DNA from: Octopus sinensis
Lineage: Eukaryota
NCBI RefSeq assembly: GCF_006345805.1
Contig: NC_043012.1
Span: 36,208,001 to 36,272,000, forward strand
Reading direction: 5' to 3'
Length of the DNA: 64,000 bases
Each line of letters begins with the position of its first letter. Position 1 is the first letter of the stretch. Positions 48,031 through 59,995 of this stretch are shown piece by piece. A model generated the notes under the pieces. It saw only the letters and a program-made list of their open reading frames with translations, ran no database searches and was not told where the DNA came from. Made by a program: the position numbers and the translations under genes.

Positions 48031-49650
48031 GTAAGTAGATAACCAGTTACATCTCTTCCTAGCAGCAGTTGAATATTGCCAGGATTACATCCGACTAAGA
48101 ATTCTATCTTTCTTCCTTTCTCTCCCTCTCTCTCTCTCTTTTTCTCTCTCTCTCTCTCCCTCCCTCCCCTTCTGTCTCTCACTATCTTTCTCACTCATGT
48201 CTAAGAGGTAGGCAAAGAGAGAAAGAGAGGGAGAGAGAGAGAGAGAGAGATAGGAAAAGAAGTAGCATCATAGTTTGGTACAGCGCCAAGTCTGTGACCT
48301 GACCATCAGTTTACCAATATCCTGGGACAAGCATGAAGATCACCTCTTCACCATGAACCCCTACCCCCTCTTCCTATGCAGTAAAACTAATTATATATTA
48401 ATAAAGTAAATATCAATGTTGATAAACGTATTTTTGATGTGGTCAGTATACTTGACTTGTGTGGGCAGTAGTTGTTTGTGTATGCCCCCTCCCCATCATA
48501 CATACATATACATACATATATAAAACTTTGAGATGGTTATGTCTTTAGCTGAGTAGAAATTGCTTTTCATAAAGTGGAATTCAAACATAGATGCATGCTT
48601 GTGTGTAATGTAATGCTTTGTCCCAGAATGGCCATGGTCCACTGATTAGAACCAATAAATGAGTAAAAGGCCTTTTATGTATATACATAGTTGTTTTTTT
48701 GTTATTTTGTGGTGCAAAAATATAAAAGTGCTCATCACCCCCTTGCGTAGAGTCTGGTATATGTTTAATCATGTGTAAAGTAAATAGGGTTCTGTATCAA
48801 AGGTTTTTGTTTAGTCCTGTGATTGGTTGGACTCACCAGTGAATGAAGAAGAAGAAATGACTGATAATGGTTGAGTGGTTTAAGTGGCATCTGGACATGA
48901 TCATGTGGTCTCTAACATCAATTGTTATCATATCCAGGAAGGTTTGTTTTATAGTTCTTGAGATTTAATTTAGGCTTGTGTTAGCAGACTGAAATAGGTT
49001 CTTTTTTGTTTAGAACTGGAGTGGTGCTAAATAATATAGAACTTCTCTGTAAAACATAGGCCACATTGTTGCAATCCATTCCTAACCGGTCAATGCCTTA
49101 TCTTGTAATGTTATCAACATGTTGTTGCTGATCTCTCTTTTTCGTGTCTTGATTTCCTAATAATATTGAGAAATGTTGTGGTGTCCTACAAGTCTCATTG
49201 TCAGAATGAATTGTTGCACTGCTTATGTTGGGGACTTTTGAATCTTTGCTCTGAATCAATCTTTTGTTGTTGTTTTTGTTGTTACTTGACACCCTCTTCA
49301 CACCTGATTGAGTACACATATGATCAAAGACATTCCATCTGTGACCAGATGGCTTTTATTCTTCTTCAGTCAGATTACATCTTGATCTGCAATATTGAAT
49401 GTGGCCTTTTTTTTTTTTTAAGATGAAGACTGTTGTTTGAGAGAATTTTGGCTGCTGTTTCTAGTAAGTTGAGCATCAAGCATCTGTGTAGAGGCTCCCT
49501 CCTTGTCTGGTTGAAGTGTTGTTGGGGATGGGGAGGTATCTGCACATTTATATGTTGTATTAAGATGTAAAATATCACTTACTCTTTTGCTTTTCGTTTC
49601 ATTATTGTAATATGATCACACACACACATACACAGACTGTGTGTATATGC

Positions 49651-49695
<45 letters not shown>

Positions 49696-50431
49696 GACTC
49701 ACACATATGCGTGTGTATAAAGTCTTTGCCTACCTGAACTTTGCAATAAATTTTACTCTACACTCAATGTTGAGTGCCTAAACCCCTTCAATGAATGTTC
49801 CTTTTTTATTTTGCTCTTACTATTTTAAAAATAATAACCATAACTTAACATATATGCGTATATAATCACTTTGTTTACACCAATCTTTTACTTCAAAGAG
49901 GGATAAAGATGAGAATACTCAGTGCCAAACGTAGAGTGTCTCCAAGTATGATTTGTTAAAGCTAAATCTTGGAATTTTGTGACTGAACCCCAACATTTGA
50001 AGGTTCAGCTTCTGTAAAAATGTTTGTGTGTGTTGATGGGGAAATCTGTGTGTCAAACACAAACACCTTGTAGTGTATGGTTATGTTGAAGTTACATCCC
50101 GTTATGCTCAGCTCAACTTTTTCTCTCTCTCTCCTCTCATGAGTAACGTGTACAATTAGAGCTTAAAGTTGGTGCCTCAGCATGGCTGCAGCTCAGTGAA
50201 TGAAACCACTGAAAGAGAAGCACACACACACAGCACATGTGTGCTGGAGAATTCTAGGACAAGCGAGGTATATACATGCACAGAGTAGTCCTCAGATGAA
50301 CGAGAACTTATAGTTCCTTCATCTAAGGCAAGTACCTCTGCTGTAGAAAGTTGGCTACAAGAACAATCTTTGTCAAGCAAATATGGAAGAAATAGAAAGA
50401 CAGATAAAGATCAGTAATCTGACTCTATTTA

Positions 50432-50860
50432 TTTACATGGAATACAAACTAGAGATATAAAATTAAAACAAAAGGAGTTACAGAATAGTTTTGACAGTTG
50501 TTTCAAACAAACCCTGGCTTATGCCGTAACCACATTCATTACATCACAAGGACCCATAATGTGATGGGTGTGCGGACTAGTACAAGTGCCTAGGATCTGT
50601 TAGGTAAGGCTAGGTCACTTCATCTGAAGAATGTGACAAAAGGGCTTGCTTAACAGATCAATAAGAACTTGTGTTATTCCATAGACCAACAACACCGTGT
50701 GTCTTTATTATGTAATGGACACGGTTATGGCATAAGCCATGGTTTGTGTGAAACAGCTGTCAAGACCAGACTATTGCATAACTCCTTTTGTTTATTTTGT
50801 ATTCCATGTAAACATTAAGCTTCCTTGTGTTTATCTGCCTTACAGATAAATATTATATAT
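50432..50860. mobile_element. intronic fold-back element with decayed hammerhead end
   Basis: TTTACATGGAATACAAA...GGCTTATGCC is inverted to 50812; GAAACAGCTGTCAAGAC at 50750; unpaired tail into TA. Confidence 0.7.
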
Positions 50861-50888
50861 CTGCCTGTGTATAATATGCACACACACT

Positions 50889-50931
<43 letters not shown>

Positions 50932-51103
50932 TATTTGTGATTTAATGAGGCTACCAAAGATGTCATGTAAAGAGGAATATCTTAACAATTATCAAGCAGG
51001 CTTGATAATTATTAAGAGGTTACTCTTTATATGAAACCATTGGTAGCCTTTTTAATCCACCAATGCATTGTTGAGCACTCATTTTTCACTGTTTGATCTT
51101 AGT

Positions 51104-51143
<40 letters not shown>

Positions 51144-51408
51144 CCATGTGTGTATATGTGTAAGTTGTTGAAATATAAATCTACACAGTTAGGGCTTAAA
51201 ACTCTTAATCCAAGCAGTATTGACACTTGAGATATGCTCTGTCCACCTAGATTTTAAAAAAAAAATACACTTCCGGACATAATATGCACATTCCATTATT
51301 GTATACTGATTATTTTTGTGATTTTTGTTGTTGTTAATGACGTTGTCATGGTTACGATAACCCATCTAACACCTAGATTTTTTTTTTCTTTCTTATCCCT
51401 ACTTTCAG

Positions 51409-51537
51409 ATACAGAGCATCAAGTAGACATAGGTCATATAACACAGACAGTAACCATTCCTCGACAACAGATAAATCTATCACATCAAAAGACGATCGAT
51501 TAGCCATCGACAAAGTCAAGTTACACAATATTGCAGT
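51409..51537 (+). CDS. SON: SON-like coding exon 2
   Basis: TTTCAG| ... |GTAAGT, 129 nt, phase 2/2; (K)YRASSRHRS...DRLAIDKVKLHNIA(V) corresponds to SON 'DKAQLLEIAKANA'. Confidence 0.92.
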
Positions 51538-51884
51538 GTAAGTATTCATTATACTCTCGGGTGCATCACTTTGCAGGGTATTCACAATGGGTATGTCTAG
51601 GATATCAATAATATGTGTATGTGTATCTAGGACGTGCGCAGTGTATGATCGGCTGTATACCCAGTGCAAGGACTGTTTCTGCTCTCAGTGCTGTGTATAT
51701 ATTTCTGGGGTGGCTGTTATTAGCTGTACATATGTCTGTCTGTCATCCTCTATGATATTAGCTACATGTGTTTCTGTTGCTACATGTATGGGGGTTGTCA
51801 GCGTCAGTTACACTGCATAACACCTTGGATGAGTATCTTCTACTATAGTTCCAGGCTGACCAAAGCTTGGGGCTATAGTAGAAG

Positions 51885-52140
51885 ACCGATTCATCCTGGC
51901 CCCTTCTCATCTTCTCTGTGACGTTCAAGGTCCAAGATCAGCATCCTTCACCACTTTGTTCCATGTCTTTCTGGGTTTCCTTTTCCGCAAGCTCCATCCT
52001 CCGTTGGTCATCGGCACTTCCTTACTCAGCTGCTCTCATTCTGCACACATCAGGCATCCATACCAGTGCACTCTTCTTTTTTGCAACACTACATCCGATT
52101 CCTCTTAATGCTCAGATTTTCTCTCAAGACATTTGTTCTA
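51885..52140 (-). mobile_element. decayed RTE LINE C-terminal fragment
   Basis: IRGIGCSVAKRRVHWYG...RKRKPRKTWNKVVKD matches the RRLRWYGHV...GRPRKTW motif. Confidence 0.75.
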
Positions 52141-52580
52141 TCTCATTCATACATACAGTGTATGTGTATGCATATGTGTGTATATATGAGCACTTGTTTG
52201 TGTATCATCATCATCGTCGTCATCATCATTATCGTTTAACGTCTACTTTCTATGCTGGCATGGGTTGGACGGTTTGACTGAGGGCTGGCAAGCCAGAAGG
52301 TTGTACCAGGCTCCAATCCGATCTGCTTAGCAGCATTTCACCTGTTTTCTACTGCTGGATGCCCTTCCTAATGCCAACTACTCCGAGGGTGTAGTGGGTG
52401 CTTTTTTATGTACCACCGACATGAGGGCCAGTCGGGTGGCATTGGCAGCAACCACGCTTGAATGGTGCTTTTTACATGCCATGTATGTGTGTGTGTGTGC
52501 GTAATTAACAGAGAGTTGTGTTTAACGACATTGTTATAGTTTTGTGTTGACCTTTTGTTGATCTTCTGTTCTGTTTGCAG

Positions 52581-52666
52581 TGAGAAACTGATCAAATCTG
52601 GAACTGCAGCCAAAGAAGATATTGCATCATTGCGAGCTGGTGGGAAAACTGTTGAAGAGTTAATAA
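52581..52666 (+). CDS. SON: SON-like coding exon 3
   Basis: TTTGCAG| ... |GTAAGT, 86 nt, phase 2/1; EKLIKSGTAAKEDIASLRAGGKTVEELI (SON-type GGKSIEEL). Confidence 0.93.
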
Positions 52667-54372
52667 GTAAGTACACAGGGGTGGTTTTATCGGGTGGAAC
52701 TTTCTACCCTGTTATTCAATTAGTTTAATAATTGTATAAATTCCGTTGTATATCCAGTACTAAGGTGAAGATGCTGTGGTGTTTATCCTTGTCTCTTTGA
52801 TAATTCCATTCTAAAGATCCTGATGATCTAGGGCATCTCAGTGGGAGCTATTTTTGCTTGTATATTGACAGCAGTGGTCATTTTGGATTGTCTGAATGAT
52901 GTCTTTTAGGAAATGCTTCAGAGGATTACAGACAATCTGGTCCCTTTCCCCTTGAACCTATCTTTTTGAGAGATTTAAGATCGTTCAAAGGACAAACCAC
53001 ACTGACCTTCCCTTAGTGGTCGGCTCAACATGTTGTCAGAGTCTGAGAGTTTGGGAAGGACCAGCTCTTACGAAGGGCTTGACCCTTTAGCATTCGATTT
53101 ACTTTGATTAATTTAACACAATGCAAATCAGTAAGCATTACATTTGACAAAGTAATCATCATCATCATCGTCATTGTCATCATCATCGTTTTTATCGTCA
53201 TTGTCATCATCATCGTCATTGTCATCATCGTCATCATCATCGTCATTGTCATCATCGTCATCGGACGTTAAACACTGATGATTATTTTGTCAATGTAATG
53301 CTTATTACTCTCTTTACTCTTTTACTTGTTTCAGTCATTTGGCTGCGGCCATGCTGGAGCACCGCCTTTTAGTCGAGCAAATCAACCCCAGGACTTATTC
53401 TTTGTAAGCCCAGTATTTATTCTATCGGTCTCTTATGCCGAACTGCTAAGTTACGGGGAACGTAAACACACCAGCATTGGTTGTCAAGCAATGGGGTGGG
53501 GGACAAACACAGACACACACATATGATGAGCTTCTTTCAGTTTTCCTCTACCAAATCCACACACAAGGCTTTGGTCAGCCCGAGGCCGTGTGAGAGTGTG
53601 GATCTGGCCAGTTTGAACCTAAAACCAGTAGGATATTTGGGTCCTGATTTGGCTGGTTTAAATGCTGAAGAGATAATAATATAAGGGCCTGAAATGAAGT
53701 GAGACTTAGTGGAAGGGAGAGGATTGTGAGTGCCGTGTGTATGGCAGTTTATTTCACCATATTTCTGTTTAAGTATGCTGTTATTTCCAAAATGAATTGA
53801 AACCAAAGTAAAGAATTTAGTAAAGTAACTTGGGAAATTCAAATCACTTAAAAGAACAGGATTTTTATATTTTAGAATCAGGAATGGTTTTTAAATAAGT
53901 TGGCATCAAAACAGTTAAACCAAGCAATTAAGAACTTATTTAAAAGCTGTGTATAAGACACATATTGGCATCTTTATTTAGCACTATTAGAATTTGGTTG
54001 TGCTTGGTTCCAAATTCCTACCCCAAAACAGAATTGTGATAATTCTAGCTGCAAACTGTGTCTATCTTAGTTTGATCTGTCTGTGATAAATTGTGTAATA
54101 ATATTTTGCTTTTAAGGGCCAATGGGCTGGTGGAATCCTTAGTCCACTGGTCAAAGTTCTGAGCAGCATTTCACATTCTGAGTTCAAATTCTGCTGAAGA
54201 GGTCCTCTTTGCCTTTCATCAATTCAGGCTCAATAAAATAAGTACCAGTTGAGCACTGGGGGTCAATGTAGTCAACTTAACCCTTCCCCTGAACTTGCTG
54301 GCCTTGTGCCAAAATTTGAAACCAATTATTTTGCTTTTATTTCTGATCTTGTTGTTGTTGTTGCTGTAACAG

Positions 54373-54539
54373 ATTATTGTAAACAGATATCACAAAAGGA
54401 ACACGAGTCCAGTTCTGATAATTCTTTGTATGATTCAAAGAAACCTGAAGAAGAAATTGAAATCACAAACCATCCTTTCAAACGACCAGAGAATAATTGT
54501 ATAGTCCAGGCTGTTAGAAGTGCTATTTTAAATATGAAG
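54373..54539 (+). CDS. SON: SON-like coding exon 4
   Basis: TAACAG| ... |GTAGGT, 167 nt, phase 1/0; YCKQISQKE...NHPFK (SON 'CKQIAQ...HHPFK'). Confidence 0.93.
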
Positions 54540-55700
54540 GTAGGTCTGTCTCACCAGCTGTTCTTTATTTAAATCATCGATGTTTCATACTTTATGGCCA
54601 GCAACATGCTGTCCTCACAATCTAAATGAAATACAGGTGGGAATTATTCCTTAATTCCTTTGCCAAGAAGAGGACATCTGGCTGTAAAATGCTGTCCTGT
54701 ATAACTTCACTTCATACGCATGCTAACATGGAAGATTGAACTTTTAACAAACAAGTGTGTTTATATAGACACACAGACACGCATGCACACACATGCCCCT
54801 TTAAAGTGGTTGGCAATAAGAAAAGCATTTGGCCATAGAAACCAATTCAAAAATGTAATTCATGAGTGAGATGTGGTCCTCTATCCTGTCTAGATAAACA
54901 GCAGCCTCAGACAACATCCAGGACAGCCTGTCCAACCCATTGTATCGAGGAAAATGAACGTAAAGTGGGATGGCTACATGATGTGTATGTGTGTGTGTAT
55001 AGTTTGATTAAATCCAAGTTTTGTGCATGTGTAGTACACATCCCTCATCACATCAGATGTTGCTCTTAGCATCTGATGAGACGGATATGTCCTACCCACC
55101 TACAAAACTTGTGGAACCGTGCCAAATTTAGAGAATATATTTAACTCCTAGCAAATGTGTTGAGTGCCACTTTCTCTTGTTTGTTCACTCTCCCATGCCA
55201 GTGGCACATAAAAAGCACCATCGAAGTGTGGTCAGTGCCAGTACCACCTGACTGACCCTCATGCCGCTGGCACGTAAAAAGCATCCGCTACACTCTCGGA
55301 GTGGTTGGTGTTAGGAAGGGCATCCAGCTGTAGAAACTTCGCCAGATTGGATTGGAGACTGGTGCAGCCTTCTGGCTTGCCAGTCCTCAGTCAAACCGTC
55401 CAACCCATGCTAGCATGGAAAGCAGACGTTAAACGATGATATGTGCACACACACACACAAACCCCCATTAATCTCAACAGTTAACGATTCAGTCCCATGC
55501 TACAAGGCAAGTGGGTAGCCTAGACATAACTTTGTTTCAATTCTTGGTTAAACCCAAGTCACTGCTTCTGTATCTCTAATGAACTTGGGAAAGGCATCAA
55601 CATCACATATTCCCCCCTCTCTTCCTCTTTCATAAATACATACAATAAACCATCCTTTTCCCTCCAATTTTAATGTTTTTCTTTTTGTTGTTGTTTTCAG

Positions 55701-55946
55701 AATAACAAACACCACCAACTGCCCTCCCCTCAAGATATGGTGAAAGATTCACCCTTAAGGCTTCAATTCCCGGTGTCCAGTGGCAGCCAACATCGTGCTA
55801 AAGAACTTCAGTCAACCACAGGTCAATTAGGCTTTCAGAAAAACTCTACAGCTCACTCTGTGTATGCTCCAGGAAGGAATGGTAAACTCGATTCCTTGGA
55901 TACAAACTCAAATTCAGACCAAGTATTTCCTGAAGACTGCCAACAG
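55701..55946 (+). CDS. SON: SON-like coding exon 5
   Basis: TTTTCAG| ... |GTAACA, 246 nt, phase 0/0; LRLQFPVSSGSQHRAKE matches the SON signature EFPVSSGSQHRKKE. Confidence 0.95.
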
Positions 55947-56244
55947 GTAACAAGTTTCAACCATCTGTAATTCTTTTGTTCACCTGTCCCTCACTCCTTT
56001 CCTCAAGAGTCTGTGATATTGTATACCTTAAGCAAATCTTTCCATTCCCTTTCCATAGTCTGTGATTTATAATAAAATCTTGATGCTTCTTCTATCTGCA
56101 ACAACTAATGCAAACAGGTGTAACAGTGGAATGTAGTTTCTATTTATTCCACTGTTTGTTTTTTTTTGTTGTTTTTCGACTGATATATATATATATATAT
56201 ACACATACACCCCTATGTTGTTGTTGTTGTTGTTATTATTATCA

Positions 56245-56500
56245 TTATTATTATTCAGGTCACTGCCTGGAATTGAACCGAGTTTGATTCCAGGCAGTGA
56301 CCTGAATAATAATAAGAAGAAGAATAACATTGAAAAATACCTTAGGAATGAAAACCCAGGTTTGAAATTTCCCCAAGACACCTGATGAAGGCTGGAGGGT
56401 ATATCAGCCGAAACGTTGTGTTAACAACAAACAAGATGAGGACAGATATATGTCAATTGTAAATAATGTAAATAATTCCTCATCACTTAAATATAGAAGT
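56245..56500 (+). mobile_element. tRNA-hammerhead SINE copy with 5' inversion
   Basis: Body matches the reverse complement of 17865-18055 and adds the tail TTCCTCATCACTTAAATATAGAA; 56245-56278 is an inverted copy of 56282-56315. Confidence 0.85.
56377..56422 (+). ncRNA. minimal type I hammerhead ribozyme (intact core)
   Basis: GACAC-CUGAUGA-A-GGCUG(10 nt)CAGCC-GAA-ACGU-U|GUGUU: stem I 5 bp, stem II 5 bp, palindromic stem III as in Penelope-type minimal hammerheads. Confidence 0.75.
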
Positions 56501-57318
56501 GTATAATCTTACATCATCTTGTAGCTTCAAGGTTTCAATGATGGGATTGTTTATTTTTACAATGGCATTGTAGAGTAGGTGTGAGAGACCAATTTAAACG
56601 CTTAACAGCTGACATTCAGGTTACTTTGTGAATAAACAGAACATTAGATTTTAACAGTTTTGAATTGATCCTGCATTCTCTCATAGTTTCAGGATTTTGA
56701 TGTTATGATTGTTTTATTATTAGAATGACATTGTAGGGTAGGTATGAGATGTTGGATCTGGCCAGTTTAAATGCTGAAATGTTAAACAAGTTTTGTTTTT
56801 TGGTTGTTTTTGTTTTCCCTGTTGCCTGTCATTTCTGAATAACCCAACATAATCAGAGTGGTTTGATGTTGCCTAGTAGTGTGTTAATGAATAAATCAGG
56901 ACATTGGTGGAGGAAAAGTGTGCATGGAATGATGACACCACACTTGCTCTCATCCCTCCCTGATGCCAAGGAAAAAGAGGCAAAGTTATTGAATGAGAAT
57001 GAGAGGGAGGGGGGGAGTTCCCCTAAGCAGACCTGATAGAAGACAAAGTAAAACCTGGCAGTGGGGACGACCTTAAGTAGACCAAGTGGTGGGAGAAGCT
57101 GTTGAGGTTGACACCTGGGCAGTCTGAATGGCAGTTAAAAGTATAAAGGTGACAAAAGCTTGTTGTTGAGAAGCTGAAAACACCTGCCAAGTGAGATTTG
57201 CACTAATTTTCTCACAGGGTGTGATGAGGTGTTATCATCGCCAATCACTGCCCTAGCTGCAGCAACAGCTGAAGAGAGGAAAGGAAATGTTTTAGAAAGG
57301 AGCAACTACAGAGATATT

Positions 57319-57549
57319 TATTTCTTTATTGCCCACAAGGGGCTAAACATAGAGGGGACAAACAAGGATAGACAAAGGGATTAAGTCGATTACATCGACC
57401 CCAGTGCGTAACTGGTACTTATTTAATTGACCCCAAAAGGATGAAAGGCAAAGTCAACTTCAGCAGAATTTGAACTCAGAACATAGCGGCAGGCGAAACA
57501 CCGCTAAGCATTTCGCCTGGCGTGCTAACGATTCTGCCAGCTTGCTACC
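57319..57549 (-). mobile_element. SINE family B with TSD
   Basis: CTACAGAGATATT duplicated at 57306-57318 and 57549-57561; reverse complement matches 37635-37865. Another copy at about 54120-54325(+). Confidence 0.9.
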
Positions 57550-59884
57550 TACAGAGATATTAAATTGATAAATAAAGTAGTGGATACAGCTGAGAGAGTT
57601 ACAACACAGCTAATTAGGAATGTAATTTGCTTAGGAGGAGATATAGTTTGGTTTCTGCAAGTACAGGGAACCACTGATGCCTGCTTTTAACTGAGGCACA
57701 AATAGAAGTTCTTTGCTATCTATCGATAAAGTATTTCACTAAGTACCATGCCTGTCACTAACAAAACTGAGCGTAGATGAACGGCCCTGGGAAGCCATGA
57801 AAGAACTGTGCAGGGTGGTGGTGGTGGTGGTGTAAATGAGGCAGCAAAGAATTTCTGTGCTTGGAAGTTTCCATCAAGGCACAGTTATCAAACCCTCCCT
57901 GTTTATAATAGATCTCTAGGCTGTAACGTGCTCAAGACTCCACCTGTCTGTGCTTAGCCCCTATATGCCAATGACCAAGGTTCTCATAAGTGAATCAGTC
58001 AAAGAATTAGAGGTTACATTCCAGATATGGAAGCAAGGCCTTGAATCAAAAAGTCTAAAATTCTTTCCTCTTAAGATTTTCGTCTTATGAAAACAGAACA
58101 CTGAACTTCACTGCCTTCTTGGAAGGAGCCATGTTCATTATGTAAAAAAAGGGTGTTGGTAGTAATTCTGTTGTGGGTCCTTAATGTAAACTGGTGAATG
58201 AGAGAATGATCATAGAGAACTCAGTGCAACGGGTGTAGAAGAGGGGTAGCCAGCAGTTGTGGGTCGTTGATGAAATATTTAGAACAAGGGGCCACAAATG
58301 GTGGAGGGGATCCTGATAGAAGAGGAATCTGTAAATCAGAATTGTCAGTTTTGTTAAAGCTTGTCTATTTGTTCTGGTTTTCTGCATTCTGAGTTCAAAT
58401 CCTGTCGTGGTCAGCTTTGAACTTGTGGCTGGGTGGGTCAATAAAATAAAACACCTGTCAAGGGCAATAGATCAGCAAAATTGTAAAAGGGATCAGATGT
58501 GGTACCTTACAATAACTTCAAGGTCTTTGTATTCAGAGTTGATGGAGTGGTAGACTTAAGCTGTTACTGTATTCAACACCAACCACCACCACCACCACCA
58601 TCTGGTCCTTGGGTGCCTTTAGTGGGGTTCGTCCCATTGCAGATATCTGCATCATATCTCAGGTTAAAGGGTAAACTTCCAACCATTAATCTCAAAGGTC
58701 CGGGTAAACAATACAAGGTTGGATTCATGAGTGCTGTCCTACCCACCTTGATTAAATGGAGAAAAATTTTTTTTAAAAAAACATACATGTCAGCATGGGA
58801 AAAAATGGACATAAAATGATAATGTTATATGTGTATACATGTAGGACCAACCAATGCTTTGTGAGTAAATTTAGATGGAAACTGTACGAAGATCACTTTC
58901 TGTGTGTTATGTGTTTACATTTGTGCTCCTGCAAAAATCATTAAGCTACAAGCAGTGACGTTGTCGTTTCCCCTGTTGACAAATTATCAACCGGCTCTGT
59001 GGAATAAAAGACCCCTTCATTGAATTTTTGTCTGACCCATACTAGCATGGAAAAAGGGATATTAAAAAAAAAAAAGACATTAGGCATAATCTAGCCAACC
59101 GGTTAATAAGTTTGCTTTCTCATCACAAGGTCTTAGGTTCAATCCTAGTGTCTTGGGCAAGTGTCATTTTCTGTAGCCTTGAGTCAACCCATAGCTTGTG
59201 GGTGAGATTAGGCTGACAGAAACTGTATAGAAGCTCATCAAGTGGATTGTACCTGAGAGAGACATGTCTGTGGAATACTCAGCCACTTATATGCTGTTTC
59301 AATAAGCAGATAATTCAGTTGATAGAATAACTGCTTCATTGAAAGCAAGATCCATCGTGTGTGTGTGTGTGTGTGTGTGTAATTAAAAATGAAGCAGATG
59401 TCAACATATTTAATGTATTGAGTAATAAAAAAGTGCATTAGAAGTAATTATGTGATGAGAAGGCATTAGCTTGACTCCTCCTCCTCATCATTTAGCATCT
59501 GTTCACCATGCTGGCATGGGTTGGATGGTTTATATGGCTGGATGCCCTTCCTAATGCCAACCACTTAACAGAGTAAGACTTGGGTGCTTTTCATGACGAA
59601 TATTACTTCAGTCGTTCTGATAAATATGGGGTTGGGGAACAACTGAACATGTTTCAGCCTTATTGGGACCTCTTCAGTAGAGCAAACTTCACTTGTTGTT
59701 ACCGAAGCAGTGATAAGAGAATCACTGAATATATGTACAATATTGTACATGATCAAGTGTGAATAAGTTAGCATGATTTAAATTCTAAAGCTGTATGTCA
59801 GAGAGTTGAGATGATTGGGTATGACCATCTCAAAGGGACTCCGTCTACCAGGCTAAAATGATGTGTGTGCGCGTGTTGTTACAG

Positions 59885-59995
59885 GATTTCAATATAACTC
59901 AAGTGATGACTGAACGTATGAATGCTGTGAAGAAACTGCAGAAGAACCCTCATGACACCCAAGCCTTAGGCACCATGTATCGAGCACAGAAAGAG
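59885..59995 (+). CDS. SON: SON-like coding exon 6
   Basis: TTACAG| ... |GTTTGT, 111 nt, phase 0/0; DFNITQVMTERMNAVKKLQKNPHDTQALGTMYRAQKE (SON 'SERALAQKRLSENAFDLEAMSMLNRAQE'). Confidence 0.93.

Noticed and set aside
53025-53261. Met/Thr-rich ORF
   Set aside because: Translation of a (CAT/CGT)n triplet repeat tail.
58499-58819. 106-aa + strand ORF with polyproline inside a SON intron
   Set aside because: The polyproline comes from (CCA)n, and exons 5 and 6 already join in phase and match SON without it.
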